DNA from: Octopus sinensis
Lineage: Eukaryota
NCBI RefSeq assembly: GCF_006345805.1
Contig: NC_042999.1
Coordinates: 93,434,001 to 93,498,000, forward strand
Reading direction: 5' to 3'
Length of the DNA: 64,000 nt
Shown: piece after piece, positions 40,135 to 52,979 of the stretch
How positions within the stretch are numbered: the first letter of the stretch is position 1
Layout: each line of letters opens with the position of its first letter
Program-made: the position numbers and the translations under genes
Notes under the pieces: generated by a model
What the model was told of the DNA's origin: nothing
The model's database searches: none
What the model saw: only the letters and a program-made list of their open reading frames with translations

Positions 40135-40418
40135 AACCGTGTGTTTTCTGACGTGAATTTGCTACCCAGGTTTCGGTTAAACGAATCTTCCATGCTGACA
40201 ATAAACATAGGATAATTCATTCACCTACTTAGATATATATATATATATAAACAAAGTGAGAATGCGATAAAATAAAATTAATTATTATCGCTGGTGTTTC
40301 TAGCACAGGCCATATATTATTCATATATAAGTACATTAAAGGCGAAGTATGTACTAGATACACAGAAGCTTGATAAATTTAGTGAAATGAAAATAAAAAC
40401 TGTTACTAACTCGGTTCT

Positions 40419-40491
40419 TCTTACACTGCAGTTTCGCCTATTTCAGCAATAAAAATAATATTTATTTACTCAGGTAGGCTCTTCAGTAAGA
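40419..40491 (-). ncRNA. Type-I hammerhead motif F5 with a GUG triplet
   Basis: Reverse complement reads TCTTA-CTGAAGA-GCCTA-(34 nt)-TAGGC-GAAAC-TGCA-GT-G-TAAGA; stems I and II are perfect 5 bp. Confidence 0.75.
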
Positions 40492-40640
40492 TTCCTGTTA
40501 TTTTGAGATCGCACCTCGATAGACACATGTGCGTCTAATGATTTGCTCTTTCTAACTAATCAGATCACTGCGCAGACGCAGAACGTGCCCGACAAACTAG
40601 GGATTTCTGGTATATAGTCTAACGCTCAAAATTTATCGAG

Positions 40641-40702
<62 letters not shown>

Positions 40703-40740
40703 CATACACACACATATACATCTATATATACATATATATA

Positions 40741-43272
40741 TTGTTGGCATCCTTTTGTCTCGGGAGACAATGGAGTTGCGCATAAAATAGTGTAGTCCGG
40801 TTTCATGTCCTAATACATCTCCTGCTGTGGCTGTGTAATTCCTATCCTGGACAAACACTCCCTCTGGCAGGTGCCGCAAATGTAGCGAAGACTTTGCCTG
40901 GCTGGTTGTAATGTCATAGTTTCTTGTTGACGTATTTTCTTGTCTTTCCATTTCTCCTCTTTCCCTCTGTCACTCCTTTGTGTTCTCTCCTCTATGGTGC
41001 TTCGCCAATCCCAGTTGCTAATATTGTGTCGCGGGCGTTCATGTCTCTTTTGTCAACATCCTTGTATCGTAAGAAAGGTCTTCCCACAGACCTAGTGCCC
41101 CTACCAAACTCTCCGTAGAGTATGTCCTTGGGGATTCTGCCATCTTCCATACGACTAACTTCGCCAAGCCATCTCATATGTCTATAGGTGAGGAGTGCAA
41201 ACATGCTTGGTATTTCTATTTGCTTGAGGACATCTTTGTTGGGGAAACGATTCTGCCATTTGATACCAAGAATTTTCCGGAAACAGCGCAGGTAAAAGAT
41301 ATTCAGGCGACGCTCTTGGCGTGTGTATGGCGGCCAGGGCTCACTGCCATACAGTAGAGTGTTAAGTACACATGCCTGGTAAATCTTCATTTTTGTGGTC
41401 TTGGTCAGCTTATTGTTCACCCATTCCCGTTTGGAGAGTTGGGCCATCACAGTAGCTGCCTTTCTAATGCGTATATTGAGCTCGGCATCAATGGATAGGT
41501 TGTAAGTGATGGTAGAGCCAAGATAGGTAAACTTCTCCACCTCCTGTAGCCTGTGGTTTCCAATATGTATGATTGAGATGTCCCATGTAGTCTGACACAT
41601 GATGTTGGTCTTCTTGAGGCTGATAACTAAGCCAAAGTCGCTACAAGCCTGTTCAAAGCAGTTGATGAGCATTTGCAGGGCTTCTTCTGTGTATCATACC
41701 AGAGGGGCATCATCAGCAAATAGCATCTCCGTGATCAGGACGCTTCTGATTTTGGTCTTGGTACGCAGACGCGAGAGATTGAACAGTTTTCCGTCGCATC
41801 TACTGTGCAGAAACACTCCATCATCTGATGTCTCAAAGGCATGTGACATCAGTATCGAGAAGATGCCAAATATTGTAGGAGCAAGGACACAGCCTTGCTT
41901 TACTCCATTCTTTATTTGGAAGGCGGCTGATGTTCAACCATTGTGCTGTATGATGCCTTGCATATCATAATGAAAAGATCTGATGATACTCAGCAGCTTT
42001 GGTGGACATCCGATTTTTTGGAACAGGATGAAGAGGCCTTTTCAACTTACCAGGTCAAAGGCCTTTGTCACATCAATGAAGGGCATGTATAATGGAATTT
42101 TCTGCTCTCTGGACTTCTCCTGAAGTTGGCGTATGGAGAATATCATGTCAATAGTTGATCTGCTTCTTCTAAAGCCATACTGCGATTCGGGATAAATTCG
42201 AGTAGCAAGCATATGTAGCCTGGACAGGATAACGTGAGCAAAGGACTTTCCAACTATGCTGAGAAGAGATATTCCACGGTAATTGTTACAATCACCACGG
42301 TCGCCTTTGTTTTTGTAAAGCGTAATGATGTTAGCATCCCGCATATACTGAGGGACTGTACCCTCTTCCCAGCACCTTCACAGGAGCTCATGAAGGGGCT
42401 GAAGCAAAACGGTGTATTTGCCGGCTTTGAATATCTCTGAGGGGATACCGTCTTTTCCCAGAGCCTTGCAACTGGGTAGGGAGTCAATAGCCTTGGTAAG
42501 CTCTGCTATAAACGGCAGACTGTCAAGTTCGCACATGGCTGGCGAGATCTTGACACCCTCGATTGCAGCCTTAGCGACCTTGGTCTCCCGTGAGTAGAGA
42601 TCCTGGCAGTACTCCACTCATCTATACATTTGCTTGCTTTGGTCTTTGATGAGATCCCCAGTAGTTGACTTCAGAAGGTCTGAGTTAGTTGCGGATGGAC
42701 CGAGGGCTTTCTTCAAACCAGTATACATCCCACGGGTGCCGCCACTGTCTGCTGCTGACTGGATACTTCGACAGATTTTCTGCCAATACGCATTTGCACA
42801 GCGTCTGGCAGTCAGTTGGGTTTTATTTCTTGCCTTTCTGAGTTTTAGTTTTATTTTATTTCTTGCCTTTCTGAGTTTCATTTTATTCTGAGTTTTATTT
42901 CTTGCCTTTCGAGTGACTTTGTAGAAGAATCACTCTTACATTGTATCAAAGCTGCGTGCTTTGCTTCCATAACTGGTTCCAGCTCTGAGAACCCAGCACT
43001 GAACCGATCTGGGTTTTGCCTTTCAGTCATGCTGAAATTATCTATTGTTGTGGTATACCAAACTTCCCTGATATAATTCCACTTACTTTCAGCAGAGGAG
43101 GATGGGCAGCTACTGAGGGCAACCTTGATATAAAAAGCAAAAAATGTGCGTAGTGTAGCGTACGAGGTTTTGGCAGTGTTAATGTGTGGTCGGACCATTT
43201 TCTTGGATGGCGTTTTTTTAGGCCGAATCCTCACCCTGCTTCTTATTAGTGAATGACCTGTGTCCATTCTGA
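40741..43272 (-). mobile_element. RTE-clade LINE, 3' part (end of APE, RT, C-terminal zinc finger, 3' UTR), frameshifted
   Basis: NYRGISLLSIVGK, PESQYGFRRSRSTIDMIF, FIDVTKAFD, GVKQGCVLAP, LFADD, FTYLGS, RIPKDILYGE. Confidence 0.9.
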
Positions 43273-44245
43273 TTGGTGTAGCATATGGGCGCTACGGGTT
43301 ACCTCTGACGGTGGGAGGGACCCTCGTGTCCCACTGGTTATTTACTGCTCACCTCAAACTGGGCAGCCCCCAATTAATAAGGTACTGAACCTCCACAGGC
43401 CGCCTGCTTCATTGGGTGCTTGGAGCTAAACGTTTTACTTGAAAAGCGGCCTGCAACCTCTTTACCAGGCAAACAATCAAAAGACAAGAAACCACCAGTC
43501 TTGCGGTTAGCAAGCTGGAACATCAGGACTATGTACCCTGGCATAACTGATGACCTACTCAGGGATGAAAACAAGAATGACGGCCATCAATGACCGCAAA
43601 CTAAAGAGGCTCAACATAGATATTGCTGGACTGCAGGAGACAAGACTTCCCTCAAATGGCAAATTCAAAATACAGGATTTCACCTTGTTTTGACAGGGAA
43701 GAGATACAGAGAAACCTCGTCAGCATGGTGTTGGCTTTGCAGTGAGAAACTAGATACTCTCCCCAATAGAACCACCATCAGGAGGCACTGAGCGTATCCT
43801 CTCCCTGGGCTTCTTGAGCTCTTCTGTCTCAGTTCATCTACTGAGCATCTATGCTCCCACTCTCTACAGCTCAGAAGAGACCAAGGACCAGTTCTATAAA
43901 GATCTCAACTTTGTCATTTGAAACATATCAATCAACGAAAACATCTACCATCTAGGTAGATTTTAACGCTCGCGTGGGATCTGAGCATGACTCGTGTCTC
44001 ATTTGCGTCGGACATTTTGGCATTGGCAACATGAATGACAATGGTGAGAGACTGCTTGGATTTTGCGCATACCATAACTTGTGCATCACCAACACATTCT
44101 TTGCCAACAAGCCATCCTAAAAATCATCTTGGACACATCCAAAATCTCACCACTGGCATCAGTTGAATATCATCTTTAGACGAAGATCCTTTCTGAATTC
44201 TGTCCAACTGACCCGTAGTTACCATAGTGCGGATTGTGACACAGA
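43273..44245 (+). mobile_element. RTE-clade LINE, 5' part (5' UTR and APE endonuclease), inverted relative to its 3' part
   Basis: LASWNIRTM, IAGLQETRL, HGVGFAV, IYAPTL, NARVG, CITNTFF, SWTHPKSHHWHQ, YHSADCDTD. Confidence 0.9.
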
Positions 44246-45416
44246 TATATATATTCATACATAATAGTAAATTAAAACAACGAATCTTGCAATTGTACCT
44301 TCTCAGATTATCCTGGTTGGAATAACAATTTATTCCACCATTTATCAAGACCTGTCTTGCTTTCAGTTTGGTAAATAGTGGAATAATTTATCATTTTGAC
44401 CAGGAAACCCTAGATTTGTGGTTTTTAATTTAAGATTACTGTGACACCCTTACGTGATCGGTTCCTCTTCTTTTCTTTAAGATTATCGTAACTCCTTTAC
44501 GTGATCGGATACTCTTCTACTTACTGAAGTATTACCACATGATATATATATATATATACATACACAGATAAATGTATATATACATGTATAAATATATATA
44601 TATGTATGTATATATATACACACACATAGATATGCATGTATATGTATATTAATTATAAATCTAAATAATTTAAATTTCTTAATTTTATATTTTATATATT
44701 TTGTATATTAAATTAATTATTTTTATTTTTATGTTTTGGTTTATGTTTTTCACTGTTTGATAAAACCACTATTAAGTGGTTTTATCTCTAATTTAATTTA
44801 TATATATATATATATACATATATAAATTTATATATATACACACATGTAAATATATGTATATACATATAAATACACACATGTATGTGTATATATAGATATA
44901 CATGTGTGTGTGTGTGTGTGTGTGTCTGTATGTCTTTGTGTGCGTGTGTGTAATTTGGACAATGAGTTTAAGGCAGTTAGTGTGCTGATGCGTTGAGTAA
45001 AGCTCTGGCACAGTTTGAGCTACTTAGTGTCATCCGCAGTTGAGGAATATTTCCTTTGGATCTACTTCAGGAATTCCGCAAAATTTATTGAGATAATAAT
45101 CGATTAAGCAAGCAGAGGATGGAATTGGTATAACTCTTTATTCTGTTCGACGATCCTCTCGATCCATCACGCAACTGTGTTTCTATGGGTGTGTCTTTGT
45201 GTGTGTATGAAAATGTTTGTGTGTGTATGTATATATACTTATCCACATAAATCTACAAACATCAGGATGTAAATATATAAATGAAATCTGTACGTACATA
45301 GATCAGTCGAAGACTGCTCGTGGTACGCGAACCTACATTTACTATATGTATGTGTGCTTCTGTGTGGTTGTGTCTGCGCATGTGTGTGTTTATATACACG
45401 TGTGCACACGCATACT

Positions 45417-45494
<78 letters not shown>

Positions 45495-46237
45495 TGTGTG
45501 TCTGTGTGTTTGTGTAAGTAGCTATGAATTCTGAGGAAGCCGAATCACAGCCTCTCCAAATAATTGACGACGTCGTTACGCTTGACTGCCATAGCCAGCT
45601 ATGAAATGTCTTTACACTACAGTGTGATAAACACCCATCACCCTATTTACATTAGGTTCTTTGTAAATTTATTTTTTATCAGATACTTCCTGACCACAAT
45701 TATAAACACCCCACTATTTACATAAAATTCTCTTCATATTTTATTTTGTTTTCGAACTCTTCCTTAGCACAAGTATCTCCAATTCCCCAGTGTGTGTGAA
45801 CTACTTAGTAACACACCATAATACATCCAGCATCGAAATGTATATCTTATAAATTTTAAAGCATATTACGTCATCTGGTAAGGCACCCTGCACTGTGCGA
45901 TGCATCTGATAGCATTACAACGTTCCCCATCCACAAGGGAACGGTGCGCAGAGCGGCCGAAACGATTGTTGTGCTAAATAAATCTTTTAGTTACACTCCG
46001 TCTTCCGCATAAGTCATTTAAAATATACCCGACATGCACCTAGGAATCGCTGCCGTAAATCCAGCGATAGGAGCACAGTAACGTGGATGACACCTCGTAA
46101 CCATTTGTGGCGAAGGTCCTCTGAAGGCACTCTACGAGCGATTTATCCGAAACAAGGTTTTGATACTGCATTTTAATTTCTGCTATCTGAACCTAAAATC
46201 TTTAATTTATAATTTAACTTATAAGAATATATGTAAT

Positions 46238-46530
46238 GTGAAGGCGCATGCTTCAGTGATTAGAACGTCGGCGTCACAATCATGAGGTAGTGAGTTCGAT
46301 TCCAGATCGGGCTGTGTTCCATCTCACTCATCTGTAGAAATGAGTTGTGACGTGACTTGTGCCAAGTTTTATCGAGTTTTGTATTTCCTTTCAACAACAT
46401 CGGTGGTGTGGAGAAGAGAGGCTGGTATACATTGTGACCGCTAGTCCTCCGTAAGCAAACTTGCCCAGACTTGTGCCTCGGAGTGTAACATTCTAGATGC
46501 AATCCTATGGTCATTCATGACCACGGGGAT
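46238..46530 (+). mobile_element. tRNA-derived SINE, second family
   Basis: GTGAAGGCGCATGCTTCAGTG...GAGTTCGATTCC head; homologous to 32735-32976. Confidence 0.7.
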
Positions 46531-47035
46531 GGGGGGTTTATATATATACATATATATATATATGTGTGTGTGGGGGGGTGTATATACTTTTGTGTATATA
46601 TACATATGCACACATATACATGTACATATATGTGTCGGTGGATGTATACGTATACAAGTAACCGTATTTCTTACAATCTAAGATTAATATTTTTATGCTA
46701 TAGAGCAAACAAGATTTTTATCAGAATTTTTCAAATAAGTTCCATAGAATTGTGAATCAGCCATCTGAATACATATCAAAATGTTAGTCATATATATACT
46801 GCATCAGTGAGCCGTGTAATTCAACATTTCATCTTGATGTACTGTATACTAGAAACGTGACTCGTGCCATTAATCGAAAGACAGTAAAACAATCAAATAC
46901 TCTTTGCTAGTATATACATTCCTAGATATGTCTACTAAAAAGAGCAATAAATACAAGAAAGAAACTTTTCTTTGTAATACATACGGACGCATAAACACAA
47001 AAGTATCACCTCGCACGCATATCTCATTTAGAAGA

Positions 47036-47038
47036 GAA

Positions 47039-47119
<81 letters not shown>

Positions 47120-47122
47120 AAA
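47036..47122. repeat. (AAAG)n microsatellite
   Basis: Direct reading. Confidence 0.95.
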
Positions 47123-47564
47123 AAGGAGGAAATAAAATTATCGAAGTAATGACGACAATCAATCACAATTATGATTTTAGAATCGTTCATACGGACACCC
47201 ATATATACAAGAAAATATAAATGCAAAAAACTATATTGTTACTCGTAATGTTTTTAGATTTATTCCGAAAACGTACATCATAGCGCTGTTACTATTATGT
47301 AAACGGCCGCGAAATATTGTTAGTTCAAATGATTCTGCAAACGCTTTACTGTCATAACCAGACATTATGCGTTTGTTTTTCTTGTTTATAATCATGTTTC
47401 CGTTCGTAAAACCGCTTGAAACTAATCTTTTCCCTTCAAAATTTGTTGGTTCACGAGAACTTATATTGTGGCTGTTATTTTTGTTGATTTCTTGTTATTG
47501 GGTTTATTCCTTCTGTGAGTGACGGTGGTGGTGTTTCATTACTATAATCTATTACGTTAAGTAT

Positions 47565-47730
47565 AAAGGCAGCGAGCAAGCAGAATCGTCAGTATGCCGG
47601 GCAAAATTCTTAACGGGATTTAGTCCAGCTTTACGTTCTGTGTTCAAATGCTGAGGAGGCCGACTTAACATTATTTAGTTCGATAAAATAAATGCCAGTC
47701 GAGCATTGGGGTCGATGTTATTGACTAAAC
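47565..47730 (+). mobile_element. tRNA-derived SINE, third family, diverged
   Basis: Homologous to the reverse complement of 35670-35910. Confidence 0.7.
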
Positions 47731-50530
47731 TACTGCACAAAAATTTAAGACTTTGTTTTTATAATAGAAAAATCTCATTGCGTATAGAATATGCCCACAA
47801 ACTGCTGGTAAATCTGTCTGTTCGGCCGGGCATTCCCATTCGTAGGAAATCTATCTGCCTGATATTTGAACAATGGTAATTCTTTCAAACAAAATTATAC
47901 GTATATGCGAAATCGGTGTCATTATCGTCTTAATCGTAACAGTAAAGTCATGCAAGGTGGGGAGAGAGAAAACAAAGTATGTGAATTGAAGAATAATAAG
48001 CGCGAATGGAGGTAATAATTTAAACAGCGTATCAAGTTGTAAACAGGTGAAAATAGCGTTTAACTCATGAGACGAACGTTGCTTGAAATTAACGACAACC
48101 TCAGTAGCAGCAACATTTGCCGTCGCACATACATCAACGACTCAGCAAGATAAACAACACGTCCATTACCCTGTACGAAAGGAAAGTGGCAACATCTGAG
48201 GATTCCGCACAACAAGCTTATATATAAGATGCATTTGACGGAGATTTTTTGGACAAAAATGAAAAAGCACTACATCGTAAGATAAACTTAAGAGAACGTC
48301 GAAGCACAGATTCACAAATAAAATACCTAGAAAGGTGAGCAATTAAGCACAATAAAAATAAAAGAACTGTTCGAGAGTATTTGGTCATCGTTACTGCATA
48401 GGAGAAAGGAACATTGAATAGTATTAGACCTCTGTTTCCACGAGAAGGTAGGAACAATAACCGCATCCAGCACGGGCATCTCACTGGAATGCTCTTCTAC
48501 ACCAAACAAAGTCATTACAAGAAAAACAGAGACAGGCATAATTTTACCGACTTCTATCCTCAGCCGCGAGGATGATGGGTATAGGAAGCTTAGTACGTGC
48601 GAAAACTATCATCGGACTGACGAAGAGAATAATTACACAAGGCAATAACCTCATAATATTAAACAGTGAGATGGCTGCAGCGCAAACGAATCTGCAAGCC
48701 AAGCCCCCAGCTGGAAAATCGTTAAAATAACACGAAAACGTTAATAAGCAAAAATCTCGAAACCACTGCGACATGACTAGCAGTAGCAGCAAAACTTTCA
48801 ACCAAACCAACAAGAAAATAGAAAAAAACATTATATCTCCAGGGAAGCACTAATGGAACAGGGGCAGGAAAGCACTTCACAATGAGATGATGACAGTTTG
48901 CAATGTGCGGGGCATCGCAATATCCTTTCCCTGTGTACCTAGTAATCGGGAGTGGATGATGGATGTTGCTTGAATGAAGCTCATGTTTCTATTTTCATTG
49001 TGTTGGTTTTGAGTAGGGTACGGAGCACTCCACTTCAATCAGTTTATGAAGAAACAAATCTGTTTTAGTAAACGAAACAATTTTACTAATTAATATTTCA
49101 GGTAATGTTACTATTAAACTTGAAAATATCTAGATGTTATGATTTATAAACAATTTATGAATTATGTAAGAAAACTTTTTGATACCATTGAAGGCTTTTA
49201 ACCAGAGATATTTTTCGGAATTTTGTTTATATAATACGGTTAACTTGGTAAATTAGAGTGACAGGAACATAACAGAAAGATAATTCACTATGGGAATTAT
49301 AAACACATAGGTTTAAACACTAAAAATATATTAAATTCTACAGGTAAGATATAATACACCGATGGTGAGAATATTGCTAACTATAGTACTGACCATAGTT
49401 TGAAGATTCTGTATTATTATAAGAAATATAGAGGTATAGGAAGAATATTGGACTGGTCTCTGTGTAGATCTTGTCATCATACGCGAGTTAGTTTTCCTTC
49501 CTAGATACCGATTTATTCCAGCGTTGTACTGATCGCCTGAATTTTCGCGCGCCATGAAATTACGTCGTCAGCGAAGCAGCTACGGTTCAGATAACACTAA
49601 AAATTTCCCACTTGATCATGTCGGGGGAAAAAAAAATATTTCCTATGTAACATATTGTATTTGCATGTCTTTAAAGTTTTACGGTGGAAACCATAGAAAC
49701 TTAAGACATCTTTAAATTTACCGTGGATATCTAATAACTAAAACTAAAACTAAAAACTATGAACCTGAAGTAAAGGAAGTTGGAGAAGGAAAAGAAGAAG
49801 AGGGCGAAGAAGATAAATTTCAGGGAGGGTCATTATGTCAATGAAAATTAAAATAAAAACCACGCGCTGGTTCAATACCATTTCTTTATTTTTTGTCAGG
49901 CTGTTAAATATATGACTAACTAACCAACCGAATAGTCAATCGCTTGTTTACTTGTTTCATGAGATAATTGCATAAACAATTGACTGTCATTGAAGAGATC
50001 GCGAACAGCGACGGAAATCTTTGACATACAACTGATTGTCTGTTTAATCATTACATTAAACAGTTAAAACAAATGATCGATTAGTGAGTTGATGAAACAT
50101 TTGACCAGTTGACACAAAATTAAAGAAGTTGTATTTAACCAGTGCTTATAATTATTTAAAATTTTATTGCTATAATGATTCTCCCTAGAAAGAGGATTTG
50201 TTTCAACACACAAATTCACATGAATCTTGCAAACCAAATACAAAGACGAATGAATTATCCACATATAAGGACATAAAAATAGGGGTCAGCGAATTATGGA
50301 ATTGGAAATGGAAACAATCCCTATAGGAATAGACGCTTTGCGGACGTTCTACAAAAATTCATACTAAAATATGAATGTATAACCATCACTTACAAATATG
50401 ATACGAAAAATATCAGTTCTAGTCAGTTCATAATTATTACGTTGAGTACTTACTACAGAAATAGAAAAAAAAATTTTAACCAAATATACTGTGTATAGTG
50501 CTGCAACAAGAACTGCAAAACATGAAAAAT

Positions 50531-50610
50531 ATTACTACCACCACCACATCAACCACCACCACCACTACCACCACCACCACCACCACCACTACCACCACCA
50601 CCACCACCAT

Positions 50611-50645
<35 letters not shown>

Positions 50646-50669
50646 AAGGTGGTGGTGGTGCTGCTGCTG
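50531..50669. repeat. Compound (ACC)n(ACT)n-(GGT)n(GCT)n triplet repeat
   Basis: Direct reading. Confidence 0.9.
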
Positions 50670-51828
50670 CTCATGGTAATGTTGATATACGCATGATTTA
50701 AATGGATATATATAATGAATTATATAATAGTAATAATATAAATATCCATTATAGATTGAAAAAAATTATATATATTATTTCAGGCTTCAATAAAAATAGT
50801 TGAAAGCTCGAGGTATAACAATAGGAAATATAAAGATACCATACTGAATCATATAAAATCTAAATATGTTTGGCTATCACCTGTAGTTTATATTCCATTG
50901 GTGTTTCCATAATGCCTCTGTGGAAACGATGTAATTTTAAACTCTTTTAATACCTGTTTTTTTTTAACTCTTTCCTTTTAATTCATAGTAAATTCAATAA
51001 AACTGAATAACATGAATGAAAGAAATATTCATTCTCTTGATTTCTCACAAAACCTTTTTTTAAACAATTTTCAGCAATTAGATTGTTGCTAAAGGATACG
51101 AAATGGAAATACAAAATATATAATTCATAAAAGCAAATTTTGATTAAACTCACACACATCACATACATCCGTAGGTACACGCACACACACACGCACGCAG
51201 TGTTTGTATGCATATGCACGTACCTGCTCGCATATACGCACACACGCAGACATACAAAGACACATACACACACATATATATATAGTATATATAGTATATA
51301 TATATGTAAGAATGCGAGATAAAGAGAAAGAGAGAGAGAAGGAAAGTGGGTAATGTATGCTGAGAGTGAATGAGAGACAGGGAGAGAAGGATGAAGAGAG
51401 ATCAATTTCAGAAGCTTTAAACACAATATATTGAACTAAATATTTAACCGAAAGAGACTATACTTAAAATAAATAGTATAATATATCGCATACCGTATTG
51501 GGTGTCGGAATAAAGTGTTTAAACCACTACCTTAGCGATTTCTTTTCAAATGTCATTATGAAAATAATCTATTGGATTCGATCTTTGAGTTATCGACCTA
51601 CTTCATATAAATGAGATTATAGATTAATCGCTTCGATTTTCACTCTTTTCATTTATATTCCCTCTTACATAAACGTAAACTATTTAAAAAGCGTGCAATG
51701 GAAACAATCTATTCCCTCAAATGTTCTACTTTCAAGTTGCCTCGATTATTACAATATTGCGAATAATATATAAATACAATAATATATAAATGTGTGTGTG
51801 TGTGTTTGTGAGTGAGTATATATGTATA

Positions 51829-51911
<83 letters not shown>

Positions 51912-52530
51912 TATATAGGAGCTGCTTCATTTCTACCATTATCAACATAATAATAATAATAATCATAATAATAATAATAATGATAATGATAATAGTAATA
52001 ATAATAATAATGATGATGATGATCATCATCATCATCACGTCAACGATGGCGACTATGACGACGACCATGACGGTGGCATTTTTCTCGTCCATACATTGAA
52101 ACTAACTGTATAGTTCGGGAATGGTATCATGGGCCTTGGGAATCTCCATAATGACTTTCACCATTGTTCTTGACTCAATTCTTTCGGGCTAGGAAGTATT
52201 CTTCAGTAGGTAAACATTAGTGGCTTGAATGCTATAGTATGATAAAGATGGGTAATTTTGATGTTTGCAAAAACTTCTGAAACTCCTAGCAGTAGCAAAA
52301 AAGTAATTCTCATTTCTCGTTTACCAGCATAATGACAATGCATCAAAATATATTCTACTTGCTCTCAGATCGGAAACATGGTCAAAATATTTACAACAAT
52401 GTAGAGTCAGTTAAACATATCGATTTGATAGTAACAGTTTTTAAACAATGAAACCTGTAGGAAAGCAATAGAAATATGGCCAGGATTAAAGCTATGGGGA
52501 AGAATGCGTGTGCAAAGTTCTAAGAGAGGA

Positions 52531-52812
52531 CATTATTTACATTATTTATATTCGACGGATATTTGTCCTCATATTATTTGTTAAACACACAACGTTTTGG
52601 CTGATATACCCTCCAGCCTTCATCAGGTGTCTTGGGGAAATTTCGAACTTGGGTTCTCATTCCTAAGGAATTTTTCGATGTTATTATTATTATTATTATT
52701 ATTGTTGTTGTTGTTGTTGTTGTTGTTGCTGCTGTTGTTCAGATCACTGATTGGAATCGAACTCGGAATCTTGGGGTTATAGCCCGTACTCTTATCCACT
52801 ACGCCATATGCC
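52531..52812 (-). mobile_element. Complete F1 unit: tRNA head, (CAA/TAA)n linker and HHR-bearing body
   Basis: Reverse complement reads GGCATATGGCGTAGTGG...GAGTTCGATTCC...TGAACAACAG(CAA)n(TAA)n-CATCGAAAAATTCCTTAGG...HHR...AATGTAAATAATGT. Confidence 0.85.
52586..52631 (-). ncRNA. Hammerhead motif F1 (G12 to A)
   Basis: Reverse complement reads GACAC-CTGATGA-A-GGCTG-GAGGGTATAT-CAGCC-AAAAC-GTT-GTGTG. Confidence 0.75.
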
Positions 52813-52814
52813 TA

Positions 52815-52885
52815 TAGCGTAGTGGTTAAGAGCGCAGGCTGCTAACCCCAAGATTCCGAGTTCGATTCCAAGCAGTGATCTGAAC
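52815..52885 (+). ncRNA. tRNA-derived F1 head, back-to-back with the minus-strand head
   Basis: A box TAGCGTAGTGG at 52815-52825; B box GTTCGATTCC at ~52860-52869. Confidence 0.8.
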
Positions 52886-52915
52886 AACAGCAACAACCAC
52901 AACAACAACAACTAC

Positions 52916-52977
<62 letters not shown>

Positions 52978-52979
<2 letters not shown>

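Noticed and set aside
43273-43480. Possible HDV-like ribozyme in the RTE 5' UTR
   Set aside because: Such ribozymes are known in some RTEs, but I could not trace the nested double pseudoknot by eye.
43547-43575. CTGATGA-CCT..AGG-GATGAAAAC
   Set aside because: Lies in RTE coding sequence (ITDDLL), has wrong spacing and lacks stems I and III.
45915-45990. TAGCAT...GAAAC-GATT-GTT-GTGCTA-AATAAA
   Set aside because: Stem I and GAAAC are present but the CUGANGA core is absent in this copy.
47900-48830. Possible LINE APE remnant
   Set aside because: Only faint GERN-like similarity; too degenerate to call.
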